Made by a program: the position numbers and the translations under genes. From assembly GCF_004010195.1 (NCBI RefSeq), contig NW_025215192.1, positions 34,557 to 70,000 of the forward strand: a stretch of DNA of 35,444 bases, read 5' to 3'. How positions within the stretch are numbered: position 1 is the stretch's first letter; every line of letters starts with the position of its first letter. This DNA comes from Chiloscyllium plagiosum. Lineage: Eukaryota. The notes under the pieces were generated by a model, which was not told the origin of the DNA, ran no database searches, and was given only the letters and a program-made list of their open reading frames with translations. Positions 1 to 12,787 of the stretch are shown here, one piece after another.

Positions 1-963
1 AGTTACTAATCCAGTGACAATACCACTACACCATCCTCTCCCAGAGTTACTAATCCAGTGACAACACCACTACACCATTGTCTCCCGTAGTTACTAATCC
101 AGTGACAATACCACTACACCATTGTCTCCCACAGTTACTAATCCAGTGGCAATACCACTACACCATCCTCTCTAACGGTTACTAATCCAGTGACAATGCC
201 ACTACACCATCCTCTCCCACAGTTACTCATCCAATCAGAATACCACCACACCATCCTCTCCCACAGTTACTAATCCGGTGACAATACCACTCCACCATCT
301 TCTCCCACATTTATTAATCCAGTGATAAATTCACTACACCATCCTCTCCCAAAGTTAATAATCCAGTGAAAATACCACTACACCCTCCTCTCCCACTGTT
401 ACTAATCCAGTGACAATACCACTACACCATCCTCTCCCACATTTACTAATCCAGTAACAATATCACTACACCATTGTCTCCCACAGTTACTAATCCAGTG
501 ACAATACCACCACACCATCATCTCCCACAGTTACTAATCCAGTGACAATACCAATTCACTATCCTCTCCCACTGTTACTAATCCAGTCACAATACCACTA
601 CACCATGTCTCCCACAGTTACTAATCCAGTGACAATACCACTACATCATCCTCTCCCACTATTACTAATCCAGTGACAATACCACTACACCATCCTCTCT
701 CACAGGTACTAATCCAGTGACAATACCACCACACCATTCTTCCCACAGTTACTAATCCAGTGACAATACTGCTACACCATCCTCTCCCACAGTTACTAAT
801 CCAGTGACAAAACCAATTCACCATCCTTTCCCACAGTTACTAATCCAGTGACAATACCACTACACCATCCTCTCTCACAGTTACTAATCCAGTGACAATA
901 CCACCCACCATCCTCTCCCACAGTTACTAATCCAGTGACATCTGCACTTACACCACTGTTTCC
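1..963. repeat. 44-bp minisatellite (~21 copies, open at window start); unit resembles the 5' head of a tRNA-derived SINE on the minus strand
   Basis: Unit AGTTACTAATCCAGTGACAATACCACTACACCATCCTCTCCCAC recurs every 44 nt (positions 1, 45, 89...). Its reverse complement matches the SINE head at 9221-9260 at 31/40 positions. Confidence 0.95.
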
Positions 964-1139
964 ACTACCCTCTCTACCTTGTTGAAATTGGTGTGGAGTT
1001 GAAGTTGACAGGTTGACCCTCACAATGCTGGAAGTGTTAACCAGACCTAAAACTTCAGGTTTGTCTCGGGATGTAACTGCATATCATCCCGTCAAAGTGA
1101 CCCTACAACTCTCACAATGCTGGCGTTTTAATAATCCAT

Positions 1140-1440
1140 TCACTGGGTGTGGACATCACTGGGTAGGTGATTTTTGGTCACCCGCTCCTAGATGTGTTTG
1201 AGAAGGTGCTGGCTTGTCTTCCTGAATCACTGCAGTCCATTTTGCACAGGCACAGCCACAGACATACTGGGGGAAGCTCCAGGATTTTGACCCAATATGA
1301 CAGTGACAGAATTGCGATCTGTGTCAATGTTAGGTTGGTTTGGGATTTGGAGGTGGTGGTTTCCCCATACTTCAGCTGCACTTGTCCTTCCCTGTCTTAG
1401 CGGCTGCAGGTTTTTTGTTTAGGCTCATTGGTGTGGTGTT
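1140..1440 (-). mobile_element. Decayed LINE 3' end, probably the partner LINE of the 9221-type SINE
   Basis: 1146-1205 is a degenerate reverse complement of the GGGCAATTAGGGATGGGCA...GATGCCCA tail at 9508-9545 and 24383-24430. Confidence 0.45.
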
Positions 1441-1959
1441 GCAATGAATTCTTTATTGTCAATACCTTACAATGCTGGAACGTTTGACCTAACAGCATGT
1501 TGGCTGCACCACAATAACTGCAGGGGTTCTCAAATTCAATCCACCACCATCTTCTCTAGGTACCAAAGTGATGCCAATGTTGTCATCCAAGAATTAATTT
1601 TATTAATTAACTGCCAACAGCCAATGTTGCATTGGAGGTATGACAGATATCCTTGAACCTTCTGGAAATAAAGTCCTCATCTTCTGTCTTTATATTTTGT
1701 GGCCAACAATTCCAACTGTGACTGGAGCACAGGTACCCAAGGTAGTCCTTGCTTCTTCATGGCCAAAGCCTTCTCCTGGCATGGAGATCCAGTCAAATGA
1801 CAGGGACAATGCTCCTATTTCCAGGTACATGCTCTGAATAGGAGTGGGCTCATTTCAAAGGATGAACTGAATGGAAAATCAGAACAAAGTGGTTCATCTA
1901 CAAATCTTCAGGTAGACCTGTCAACCAATAGCCAGTGAACATTCCCAACAGATTAAGGA

Positions 1960-2850
1960 AGAGACATGTGTAAATCCAGTGCCTGAGGACATTTCAAAGC
2001 ATAACATAGCCAACGAAGTATTGATTGTCATTGTTGTCATGTAGGAAACATGGCAGCCAATATAAACACAGCAGGATCCCACTAGTAGCAAAGAGGTAAA
2101 TTGTTTGTCATGACTTTGATTTCGAGATAGATACAACCAGGTCATTGGGAAGACCTCCCCTCATCATTCTTCAGAGTTGAACATGATATATGAATAGGAA
2201 AGGTTTGGAGGGATATGGGCTAGGAGGTGGGACTAGATTATGCTTGGCATGGACTGGTTGAACCAACAGGGCTGTTTCAGTGTTGTATGACACGTTGGCT
2301 GTGTCAAAAGCTGAGAGATGATCTTATAGAAGTTTATATAATCATGAGGGGCATGGATAGGATGAATAGCCAAGGTGTTTTTCAAAGGGTAAGGGAGTCC
2401 AAAACTAGAGGGTATAGGTTTAAGGTGAGAGGGGAAAGATATAAAATGGGACTTAAGGGAAGTGTTGCATACTGAGGGTGGTGTGTGGTGGAGGCGAGTA
2501 CAATTACAACATTTAAAAGGCATCTGCATGGGTGTATGAATAGGAAGGGCTGAGAGGGATATGGGCCAAATGCTGGCAAATGGGACTAGATTAATCTAGA
2601 ATATCTGGTCAGCACAGACAGGTTGGACTGAAGGGTCTGTTTCCATGCTGTACATCTCTATGACTCTATGACAGTGCTTATGACAAACAATCTTTTAGGT
2701 TCACCTGCGAAGAAAAAAGTTTTAACATTCCAATCAAACAGCTCTGACTGGGCAACATTCCTTCATGCTACACCGGAAGAGCCAATAAAGCCCATAACTT
2801 TGTAACCTGCTGACTCAGGGGCAGAAGGGCTTCCATTTAGCCACAGCTCA
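1960..2850 (-). mobile_element. Decayed Deu-domain SINE (SacSINE-like), split by a CR1 tail at ~2185-2670
   Basis: The motif GTCATTGTTGTCATGTAGGAAACATGGCAGCCAA...ATCCCAC recurs degenerately at ~7680, ~16200 and ~26140. A head-like part lies at ~2720-2850. Confidence 0.5.
2185..2671 (+). mobile_element. HER1/CR1 LINE 3' fragments
   Basis: Encodes LRDDLIEVYIIMRGMDR..SKTRGYRFKVRG (CR1 ORF2 C-terminus) and ends in the CTCTATGACTCTATGAC tail repeat. Confidence 0.9.
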
Positions 2851-3022
2851 GTTGCTGGGAGAGACTGGCCTCTTTTGAATGCTATCCTTACAATACTTTC
2901 AGGAAATAAGTTCCACATCATTAACCGCTCTGTACAAGATGCCTTTTCCTTATGCTGTCCCAGTCTTCTTTCAGCTACATTAAATCAGTGTCCCAAAGAG
3001 GTGGAATGCCTGGATTGCATTA

Positions 3023-4810
3023 GAAATCATACAGTCATAGAGGTGTACAGCACGGAAACAAACCCTTTGCTTCAACTCGTCCAAGCCAACCAGATATCCT
3101 AACCTAATCTAGTCCCATTTGCCAGCACTTGGCCCATATCCCTCTAAACCCTTCCTGTTCATAGACACATCCAGTTACCTTTTAAATATTGTCATAGTAG
3201 CAGCCTCCACCACTTCATTTGGCAGCTTATTCCATATACGCACCACCCTCTGTGTGAAAAAATTACCCTTGAAGTCCCTTTTAAATCTTTCCCCTCTCAC
3301 CTTAAATCAATGTTGTCTTGATTTGGACTCCTCCACCCAAGGGAAAAAATCTTGTCTATTTACCCTATCCGTGATCCCCATGATTTTATAAACCTCTATT
3401 AGGTCACCCCTCAGCCTCTGAGGCTCCAGGGAAAACAGCCCCAGCCTATTCAAACCCTCCAATCATGGCAACATCCTTGTAAATCTTTTCTGAACCCTTT
3501 CAAGTTTCAAACATCCTTCCTGTAGGAGGGAGACCAGAATTGCACACAATATTCCAAAAGTGGCCTAATCAAAATGATGTACAGCTGCAACATGATTTCC
3601 TAACGTCTATACTTAATGCTGTAACCAATACAGGAAATCAGACCAAACACCTTCTCCACTATCCTATCTAGCTGCAACTCCACTTTCAAGGAACTATGAA
3701 CCTGAACTCCAAGGTCTCTTCATTCAGCAACACTCCCCATTAAGTGTATAGGCCCTGCTCTGATTTGCCTTTCCAAAATGCAGCACAACACATTTATCTA
3801 AATTAGATTCAATCTGCCATTCCTCAGCCCATTGGCTCATCTGATCAAGATCCTGTTATACTCCTGGGTAATCTTCTTTGCTGTCCACTGCACCTCCAAT
3901 TTTGGTCCCATGTGCAAACTTACTAACTATACCTTCTATGTTCACATCTAAATCTTTTCTCTAAATGAGGAAAAGCAGTGGACCCAGCACTGATCCTTGT
4001 GGCACACCACTGGTCACAGGCCTCCATTCTGAAAAATAATCCTCCATGACCACCCCCTGTCTTCTACCTTTGAGCCAGTTCTGTATCCAAATGGCTAGTT
4101 CTCCTTATATCTATGAGATCAAACCTTGCTAACCAGCCTACCATGAGGAAACTTGTTGAATGCCTTCCTGAAGTCCATATAGATCATGTGTACTGCTTTG
4201 CCCTCATCAATCCTCTTCATCACCACTTCCACACATAAAGCCATGCTGACTATCCCTAATCAGTCGTTGCCCTTCCAAATACATTTAAAACCTGTCCCTC
4301 CAACAACTTGCCCATCATCGATGTCTATAGTTCCCTGGCATTTCCTTACCACCTTTTTGAAATAATGGCACCACATTAGTCAACATTCAGTCTTCCAGCA
4401 TCTCACCTGTGACTATTGATGATCCAAATATCTCAGCAACTTGCACAGCATTTGCTTCCCTAGCTTCCCACAGAGTTCTAGGGAACATCTGATCAAGTGA
4501 TGGGGATTTATCCACCTTTATGCATTTTAAGACATCTAGCACCTCCTCCTCTGTAATATGGGCATTTTTCAAGATGTCACCATCTTTTTCCCCACATTCT
4601 ATATCTTCTATGTCCTTCTTCACAGTAAACACTGATGCAAAATACTCATTTAGTCTCTCCCCACCTCCTGTGGTTCCACACATACGCTGCCTTGCTGATC
4701 TTTGAGGGGTCCTATTCTCTCCCTAGTTACCCTTTTGTCCTTTTATAAATGTATTTATAAGATCCCTTTGGATTCTCTTTAATTCTATTTGCCAAAGCTA
4801 TCTCTTGCTC
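3023..4810 (-). mobile_element. HER1/CR1 LINE (subfamily 1), 3' portion with decayed RT
   Basis: Tail repeat at 3023-3040. The ORF fragment LNEYFASVFT...VDKSP (4387-4683) is homologous to 13030-13220. Confidence 0.92.
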
Positions 4811-6850
4811 CCTCCACACTATCCACCATTCTACCAACCTTCGAGTCATCAGCAAACTTACTAAAACACCCTTTCACTTCCATATCCAAGTCATTTATAA
4901 AAATTACCATGACCAGACGTCCCAGAACAGATCCCTGTGGAACACCACTGGTCACTGAACTCCAGTGTGAATACTTACCATCTTCTATCACCCTCTGTCC
5001 TCTATGGCCCAGCCAATTCTGTACCCAGACAGCCAAATTTTCCTGGATCCCATTCCTCCTTACTTTCTGAATGAGCCTACCATGGGGAACCTTATCAAAC
5101 ACCTTGATAAAATTGACGTACATCACATCCACTGCTCTACCTCCATCAATGTATTTTGTCACATCCTCAAAGAATTCAATAAGACTTGTGAGGCATGACC
5201 TACCCCTCACAAGGTAATGCTAACTATCTCTAATCAAACTATGGTTTTCCAAGTAATCATAAATCCTATCTCTCAAGATCCTCCCCAATAATTTGTCCGC
5301 CACAGACATAAGACTGACTGGTCTGTAATTCCCAGGATTATCCCTATTCTCTTTCTTGAACAAGGGGATAACATTTGCCATCGTCCAGTCATCTGGCACT
5401 ACTCCAGTGAACAGTTAGGATGCAAAGATAATCACCAAAGGTGTAGCAATCTCTTCCCTCATTTCCTGTAGTATCCTGTCTGGGCCCGGGGACTTATCTA
5501 ACCTTATGTTTTTCAAACTTTTCAGTACATCCTCCTTCTTAACATCAACCTGTTTGAGCATATCAGTCTGTTTCACACTATCTTCACAAACGTCAGGGTC
5601 CCTCTCACTAGTGAATACTTAAGTAAAGTATTTATTAAGGACCTCCCCCACCTCCTCTGACTCCAGACTCTCCACTATCCCTGATCAAACCTCCCCTCAC
5701 TCTGGCCATCGTCTTGTTCCTCACCCAAGTGTAGAATGTGTTAGGGTTTTCCTTAACTTTACCCGCTAAAGTTTTTCAAGCTCCCATCCAGCTCTCCTAA
5801 ATCCATTCTTCAGTTCCTTCCTGGCTACCTTGTAACCCTTTAGAGCCATGTCTGATCCTTGTTTCCTCAACCTTAAGAAACTTCCTTCTTTCTCTTGACG
5901 AGATGTTCCACACCCCTTCTCACCCAAGGTTCCTTCACCCTATCATCCCTTCTTGCCTCAGTGGGACAAAGTTATCCAGCACTATCAGCAAGTGCTCCCT
6001 AAACAATCTCCACATTTCTGTCATGCATTTCCTTGAGAACATCTGTTCCCAATTTAGGTGCCCAGTTCCTGCCTAATAGCATTGTAATCCCTCCTCTACC
6101 AATTAAACACTTTCATATACCACCTGTCCCTATCTCTCTCCACGACTGTAGTAAAGGTCAGGGAGTTGTGACCACTATCCCCAAAATGCTCTCCCACCGA
6201 GAGATCTGAAACTTGGCATGGCTCATTGCCAAGTCTAATATAGCCTCCCCTCTAGTTGGCCTATCTACAGAGGAGTCAGAAATCCTTCCTGGACACACCT
6301 GACGAAAACTGGTCCATCCAAACTATTTGAACTAAGGACGTTCCAATCAATATTAGGGAAGTGAAAGTCACCCATGACAACAATCCTGTTACTTCTGCAC
6401 CATTCCAAAATCTGCCTCCCAATTTGCTCCTCTGTGTCTCTGTTGCTATTGGAGGGTCGGTAGAAAACTGTCAATAAAGTGACTGCTCCTTTCCTGTTTC
6501 TGACTTCCACCCATACTGGCTCTGTTGACAAAGCCTCCTTGACAATCTCTCTTTCTGAAGCTGTAATACTGTCCTTGATTAACCATGCCACTTCCACACC
6601 TCTTCTATGTCCCCCTCTATTCCTTTTGAAACATCTAAACTCTGGAACATCCAACAACTATTCCTGCCCTCTGTAGTATCCAAGTCTCCGTAATGGCCAC
6701 AACATCATAGTTCCAAGCACTGATCTATGCTTTAAGTTCATCCTTATTCCTGATACTTATTGCATTAACATAGACAAACTTTAACCCATCACACTGACTG
6801 CAACTTTGCCCTGTCAACTGTCTATCCCTCCTCACATACTTCCTGCATGC
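4811..6850 (-). mobile_element. CR1 LINE (subfamily 2), tail-less internal fragment from the APE endonuclease to RT motif C
   Basis: RSCLTSLIEFF...FDKVPH...[10 protein letters not shown]...FINDLD...KFADDSK (4785-5210) and APE motifs FYRP..VVMGDFHFPNIDW (6265-6657). Many stops and frameshifts. Confidence 0.9.
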
Positions 6851-6859
6851 TAAATTGTC

Positions 6860-7111
6860 ATTTTAGATCCAGTCTATAATTTTCTATCACTATATTAAAA
6901 CTAATAGAATTATGGTTGCTGGCTCCAAAGTACTCCCCCAATGACACGTCAGTCACTTGTCCTGCCTTATTTCCTACGAGTAAGTCAGGTTTTGCACCTT
7001 CTCTAGTAGGTACATCCACATACTGAATCAGAAAATGTTCTTGGACACAGTTAACAAATTCCTTTCCATCTAACCCCTTAACACTGCGGCAGCCCCAGTC
7101 TATGTTTGGAA
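6860..7111 (-). mobile_element. Upstream continuation of the subfamily-1 CR1 LINE
   Basis: Reverse complement of ~12080-12332 of the + strand LINE copy. Confidence 0.8.
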
Positions 7112-8439
7112 AGACGCTTTTTTCATCTAGTTGTTGCCAAGGATACGTCTGTAATTACATTATGCTATTCATGCTAATAACCTGTAAAAACTCAAGAGCT
7201 GTTTCCTGTTCTCTACACTCAGCTCCTAACTGGAATTGGCTTGCATTCCTGTTTGAAACTTCCTGCATTTTCATTTTAATGACATTGCCGTGGGATAATT
7301 AACCAGTTGTACCATCACTGAGTCAGTGCCTAATCCTGTAGTGAATGAAGGTCAAAAAACGTGAGGAAACCAAAACACATCGGGTAAAGGCACTCAAATC
7401 AAACTGACCACAGCACAGTAATTGCACTGCACTGTTTCAATATTTTGGAATATGTTGACGCATTTATGAGGGCGTTGAACCACATTCGATGCTTTTGTAA
7501 TATCCTGTTGCTCAGCCAAAAACAAAATAGGACGGCTATGAAATATTTTGAAATATTTTCACTGCTCAGAAATGCGACGTAGTGAGTAAACTGTAACTTC
7601 ACAAATTTCATCATTAGGAAGTGATGTATGACAGCCTAATTGTAAACGTCAAGTAACTAATTTCAAAGTAACAAAGCACCTTTGAAGTGTCCTCATTGAT
7701 GTAGAGTAAGAAAACCAGCAGCCAACCACACTTCCATAGGCAGCAATGGAAAAAATTATAAGAGTATTGTTTCTAAGATTTGCATTAAATGATAATATAT
7801 TGGACAGGGTACTGGGAAAGACTCAACTACTTTTATTTAAAATAGTGCTATGCTGTATTTTACATCCAAATTACCACATAAATCTCAGCATTTCTCACAT
7901 GGATTTAAATGAAATTTTCTCAAATAATAGTTATGCAAATGACAAGGTTCATTACAGGCCATTTCTCCAAATCAAAGAAAGGTTTACAGAGAAATGGTAA
8001 ACATTAAAGTAGCCATATATTTCACAGATCAAAGGGCAGGTTTAGTGATGACATAAACTATAAGCACTTGATAGTTATTTACACAAGATCAAAAAACTAA
8101 CAAGTCAATGAGAAAATAGATCACAAGGGGAAAAAAAGATAGCTTGTAAAGCTAATAGGCAATACGTTTTCACCATAAAGAAACCTATAAAGAAATTTTA
8201 TCGAAAGAAACATCCTTCATTACTTGTTCCAAACTACATGCTTTAAAAGTTTTAATTTGTGCCATCTTGTTCTGTTGCACTAGCATAACAGGAACTATTT
8301 CCAATTTATGGATCCTTAATTATACAAGGAGCTGAATTTTATAGAGACTTGAATACTGTGGGCTACAGGTGAGAAATCTGGTAGACCTTAGCTGAGCCCT
8401 TTCTAGTCATTGGGAGCAACTCGTTACATTTTCAAAGAG

Positions 8440-8722
8440 AATTACAGAGTCATACAAATGTACAGCACAAAAACAAACCTTTTGGTCCAACTCGTCCATG
8501 CCGACCAGATATCCTAAATTAATCTCGTCCCATTTGCCAGTATTTGGCCCATATCCCTCTAAAGTCATCCTACCCATCCAGATGCCTTTTAAATGTTGTA
8601 ATTGTAACAGCCTCCACCACTTCCTCTGGCAGCTCATTCCATACACGCACCACCCTCTGTGTGAAGAAGTTGCCCTATAGGTCCCTCTCAAATCATTCCC
8701 CTCTCACCTTAAACCTGTTCCC
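8440..8722 (-). mobile_element. HER1/CR1 3' tail fragment
   Basis: AGAGTCATAC tail plus the standard 3' UTR shared with the 3030, 9640 and 21383 copies. Confidence 0.9.
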
Positions 8723-9220
8723 TTTTTGTCAGGTGGAGACTCTCTGAAGGGAGTGGTGGGTTGCCTATTATTGGGCTTATGGCTTGTTGCTGGCATTGCT
8801 AACTGCAAATCACACCTCATGAAAATGTGGCATCCTATCGCACCACTTGCTGTACGGACTAGCCATCAATAATTCCCAGCATGAAAATTATTGCTGAATT
8901 CAGCTTGCTGCTTGCTCATCCAGGCTGCTATCTTGGATAGCTGGGCAACAGCGTCCAGAACGTCTGAGACATTCTCCACCCCCCCGTCCATGAACACTGG
9001 CATTCAACACCTGCCAACCTCTCAGGGCCCTCATGGCACCTCTCCAATCCACATACATTTTTAACGCTGCACTCCAGGGCATCTCAGCACCTCAAGTTGT
9101 CATGCTGCTGTTAGGGCACTCTGCCCAGATGCACACACATCTCACTCACTGATCGAACCAGGCTGCAACTCAGAGCTGGTCACTCGCTCCGCTCGAGCTC
9201 ACTTACTTTCAGCCTACCAA

Positions 9221-9565
9221 GGGAGGTAATGGCCTAGTGGTATTATCACTAGACTATTAATCCACAGACCATCGCAATATCCTAGAAACCCAGATTCAAA
9301 TTCAGCCATGGCAAATGGTGAAGATTGAGTTGAATAAATATCCGACGTTAAGGATCTTGTGATGTCTATGACACTATTGTCAATTGTCGCAAAAATCCAT
9401 CTGATTCACTAATGCCCTTTAGGAAAGGAAAACTATCATCCCTATCTGGCCTACCCTACATGTAACTCCAGACCCACAGCAATATGGTTGACACTTAACT
9501 GTCTTCTGGGCAATTAGGGATGGGCAGTAAGTGATGCCCATATCCCATACATGAAAAATAAAAAA
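9221..9565 (+). mobile_element. tRNA-derived SINE (second family) with A-rich tail
   Basis: A-box TGGCCTAGTGG, degenerate B-box GATTCAAATTC and an A-rich end. A homologous copy lies at 23590-24452. Confidence 0.8.
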
Positions 9566-9925
9566 TGGTCACTGTACCTTGACTTGACTTTTAGTGTTTT
9601 ACCCGCTCAGCCAAAGCTGCCAGGCTCACTTTGTCTTAGAGTCATAGAGTCATAGAGATGTACAGCACAGAAATAGACCCTTCAGTCCAACTCATCCATG
9701 CTGACTAGTTATCCTAAACAAATCTAGTCCTATTTGCCAGCACTTGGCCCATATCCCTCCAAACCCTTCCTATTCATATACCCATCCAGATGCCTTTTAA
9801 ATGCTGTAATTGTACCAGCATCCACCAATGCCTCGGGCAGCTCATTCCATATACGCACCAACCTCTGGGTGAAAAAGTTTCCCTTAGGTTCCTTTAAATC
9901 TTTCCTATCTCATCTAAACCTATGC

Positions 9926-11345
9926 TGTTATGAAGCGGAGGTTGACCACCCTCCAATAACCAAAACCCCCAAGAGGCTTGCCTCACCTCGTAATCTGTTA
10001 AACGAAGTGTCAAAAATAGAAATGTCAAAAAAACCTATCTCTCACCCTCAGTCTGTTATAAAGGAGTGGCGAAGTGAAATTAACTCCTATCACTCAATCT
10101 ATAATCAACAAATATTTACCTAACTCCAAAAGTGAACGCATTAACAGAACCGCCAACAAACCGGACAATTCCCCTCTAATATCTAAATATTGCTGACTAA
10201 ACAAAATTCGAATGGTATGCTGTTTCAATAAATACAAGTCCTCCTTATAGAAAGCAAAATATAAAAATTAGAATTAAGTCTTTCTAAATTACAGCCAGGA
10301 TCCATCTTCCAGAATGCTCCTTGCGCTCTCTGCTGAACTTCTTTCAGGAACACCTTCTTCGAATTCTTGAGTCAGGAATATTAGCTAAGAGTGCGGCTGT
10401 ACCTTTAGTCAGATGATGGTAACTCTGAGAGCTGAGAGAGCTAATCTCTTCAGGTGGCACCTTGGTCTCCACCAACCTTCATTTATATTTTTTTCTCTTT
10501 TTTTTGCTTCTTAATGCCAGAAATGCTTACCCCCAACTCATAAACAACAGTTGTGAGCAGATCTCTTCAAGAGTATGCTTTTCTCGCATCATCACTGAAA
10601 TCATTCCACAAAGGCTAGTATCCCATCATCAAGTTACTCTTTATTTACACATGGAGAATCCTTGACACTGATCCAGCTCCCTCGAAACCAGCTCTCTTAG
10701 TGCACAGGATGTCTGACACACTTGTTTATATTTTTCTCTCTTTTTCTTTTCTCAGAGTAAAGAGCATGTTTGAACTCCTGTTCTTTTTTTTCTTTGTGTG
10801 AGACACAGTGAAAGACACAAGGTGGATGAATCTTTATTCAGTTTCCACCACCAGGAAGAAATGAAACACCCAAGTGGCCTTCACATCAAAGGGCAATGCT
10901 GCATGATCAAACAGTGAAGGGGAGGGCAGGGATTAAATCAAAATAGAGTTGGAGGAACCTTCCTTTATATATTTGATGACTTATTAATTTCTTTACAATC
11001 GGATTTGTTCTAGATTGTCAAAACCATCAGATTTAAATTGCATTGGTCCTTAGTCTTGAAAGGCTGATTTAAATTAATTGGCTAAATTTAAAAATCTGGT
11101 GTCTTGGTAAAAATTCTGCTTCACCTGCTAACAGTATAGCCTTTTGATAAGAATATTTCAGTTTGAGTACCTGCCAATGGGTAAGCTGATGGCCACAGAC
11201 ATTCATGTTTAAATCTCTAAACAGAGGGGGTAGAAACACATCATTTTTAAAGGGACCATGCATTCTTCCACCCTATCATTTTACAAACATCGAATTCTAA
11301 CATCCTGCCTTCCAATCCACAAATACTCTACCCAACTTCACAACA
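9926..11345 (-). mobile_element. Solo LTR-like element (TG...CA) carrying a nested insertion
   Basis: Termini TGTTATGAAG and CTTCACAACA are a 9/10 inverted match. A 4-bp TSD-like pair (ATGC 9922-25, AAGC 11346-49) flanks it. Strand inferred from the TATAAA orientation. Confidence 0.7.
10489..10955 (-). mobile_element. 5'-truncated poly(A) retroelement (L1/Tx1-like 3' end) with transduced LTR fragments
   Basis: Flanked by 15-bp direct repeats AACCTTC(A/C)TTTATAT at 10474-88 and 10956-70. It has three poly(T) tracts and a minus-strand AATAAA at 10833-38. Confidence 0.65.
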
Positions 11346-11365
11346 AAGCCCTCTAGTTTTGGACT

Positions 11366-11620
11366 AGTCATAGAGTGATACAGAATGGAAACAGACCCTT
11401 TGATCCAAACGGTTCAACCTGTCCATGTTGACCAGGTTCCTCAACTCAACCAGTCTCAGCTGCCTGCATTTGGCCCATATCCCTCCAAACCTTTCATGTT
11501 AAGTACTTATCCAAATGTCTTTTAAATGTTATAACTGTATCCACCCCATTCTCTGGCAGTTCACTTCACACATGACCCACTCTGTATGAATTAGCAGTGC
11601 CCCTCATGTCTAATCTTTCT
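11366..11620 (-). mobile_element. CR1 3' tail fragment
   Basis: AGTCATAGAGTGATA tail repeat and conserved 3' UTR. Confidence 0.8.
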
Positions 11621-12787
11621 AACAGTTAGTGTAGGCAGGGACAAGGTAGGACGAATAAATTAAACTGCATTTATTTTAATGCAAGGGGCCTAACTGGGAA
11701 GGCAGATGAACTCAGGGCATGGATAGGAACATGGGACTGGGATATCATAGCAATTACAGAAACATGGCTCAGAGATGGGCAGGACTGGCAGCTTAATGTT
11801 CCAGGATACAAATGCTACAGGAAGGATAGAAAGGGAGGCAAGAGAGGAGGGGGAGTGGCATTTTTGATAAGGGATAGCATTACAGTTGTGCTGAGGGAGG
11901 ATATTCCCGGAAATACATCCAGGGAAGTTATTTGGGTGGAACTGAGAAGTAAGAAAGGGATGATAACCTTATTGGGATTGTATTATAGCCCCTCTAATAG
12001 TCAGAGGGAAATTGAGAAACAAACTTGTAAGGAGATCTAAGTTATCGTAAGAATAATAGGGTAGTTATGGTAAGGGATTTTCCAAACATCGACTGGGACT
12101 GCGATAGTGTTAAAGGTTTAGATGGAGAGGAATTTCTTAAGTGCGTACAAGACAATTTTCTGATTCAATATGCAAATGTACATACTACAGAAGGTGCAAA
12201 ACCTGACCTACTCTTGGGAAATAAGGCAGGGCAGGGGACTGAGGTGTCAGTGGGGGAGCACTTTGGGGTCAGCGACCATAATTTCTATTCGTTTTAAAAT
12301 AATGATGGAAAAGGATAGACCAGATCTAAAAGTTGAAGTTCTAAATTGGAGAAAGGCCAATTTTGACGGTAGTAGGCAAGAACGTTTGAAAGCTGATTGG
12401 AAGCAGATGTTCTCAGGTAAAGGGACGGCTGGAAAATGGGAAGCCTTCAGAAATGAGATAACAAGAATCCAGAGAAAGTATATTCCTGTCAGGGTGAAAG
12501 GGAAGGCTGGTAGGTATGGGGAATGCTGGATGACTAAAGAAATTGAGGGTTTGGTTAAGAAAAAGAAGGAAGCATATGTCAGGTATAGACAGGATAGATC
12601 GAGTGAATCCTTAGAAGGGTATAAAGGAAGTAGGAGTATACTTAAGAGGGAAATCAGGAGGGCAAAAAGGGGACATGAAATAGCATTGGCAAATAGAATT
12701 AAGGAGAATCCAAAGGGTTTTTAAAAATATATTAAGGACAAGAAAGTAACTAGGGAGAGAATAGTGTCCCTCACAGATCATCCAGGT

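Larger units (their letters stand above)
9638..11365 (-). mobile_element. CR1 tail fragment (9638-9925 plus 11346-11365), interrupted by an LTR-like element
   Basis: The LINE sequence CTAAACCTATGC|CCTCTAGTT (compare 21663-21685) is split by the insertion. Confidence 0.85.

Noticed and set aside
1..963. CRISPR-like array, or Cys/Trp-rich peptide ORFs (621-1023)
   Set aside because: The units are contiguous with no unique spacers and the context is eukaryotic. The ORFs are translations of the repeat.
8730..9215. GC-richer stretch as an exon or transposon gene
   Set aside because: No recognisable peptide, termini or splice structure; left unassigned.
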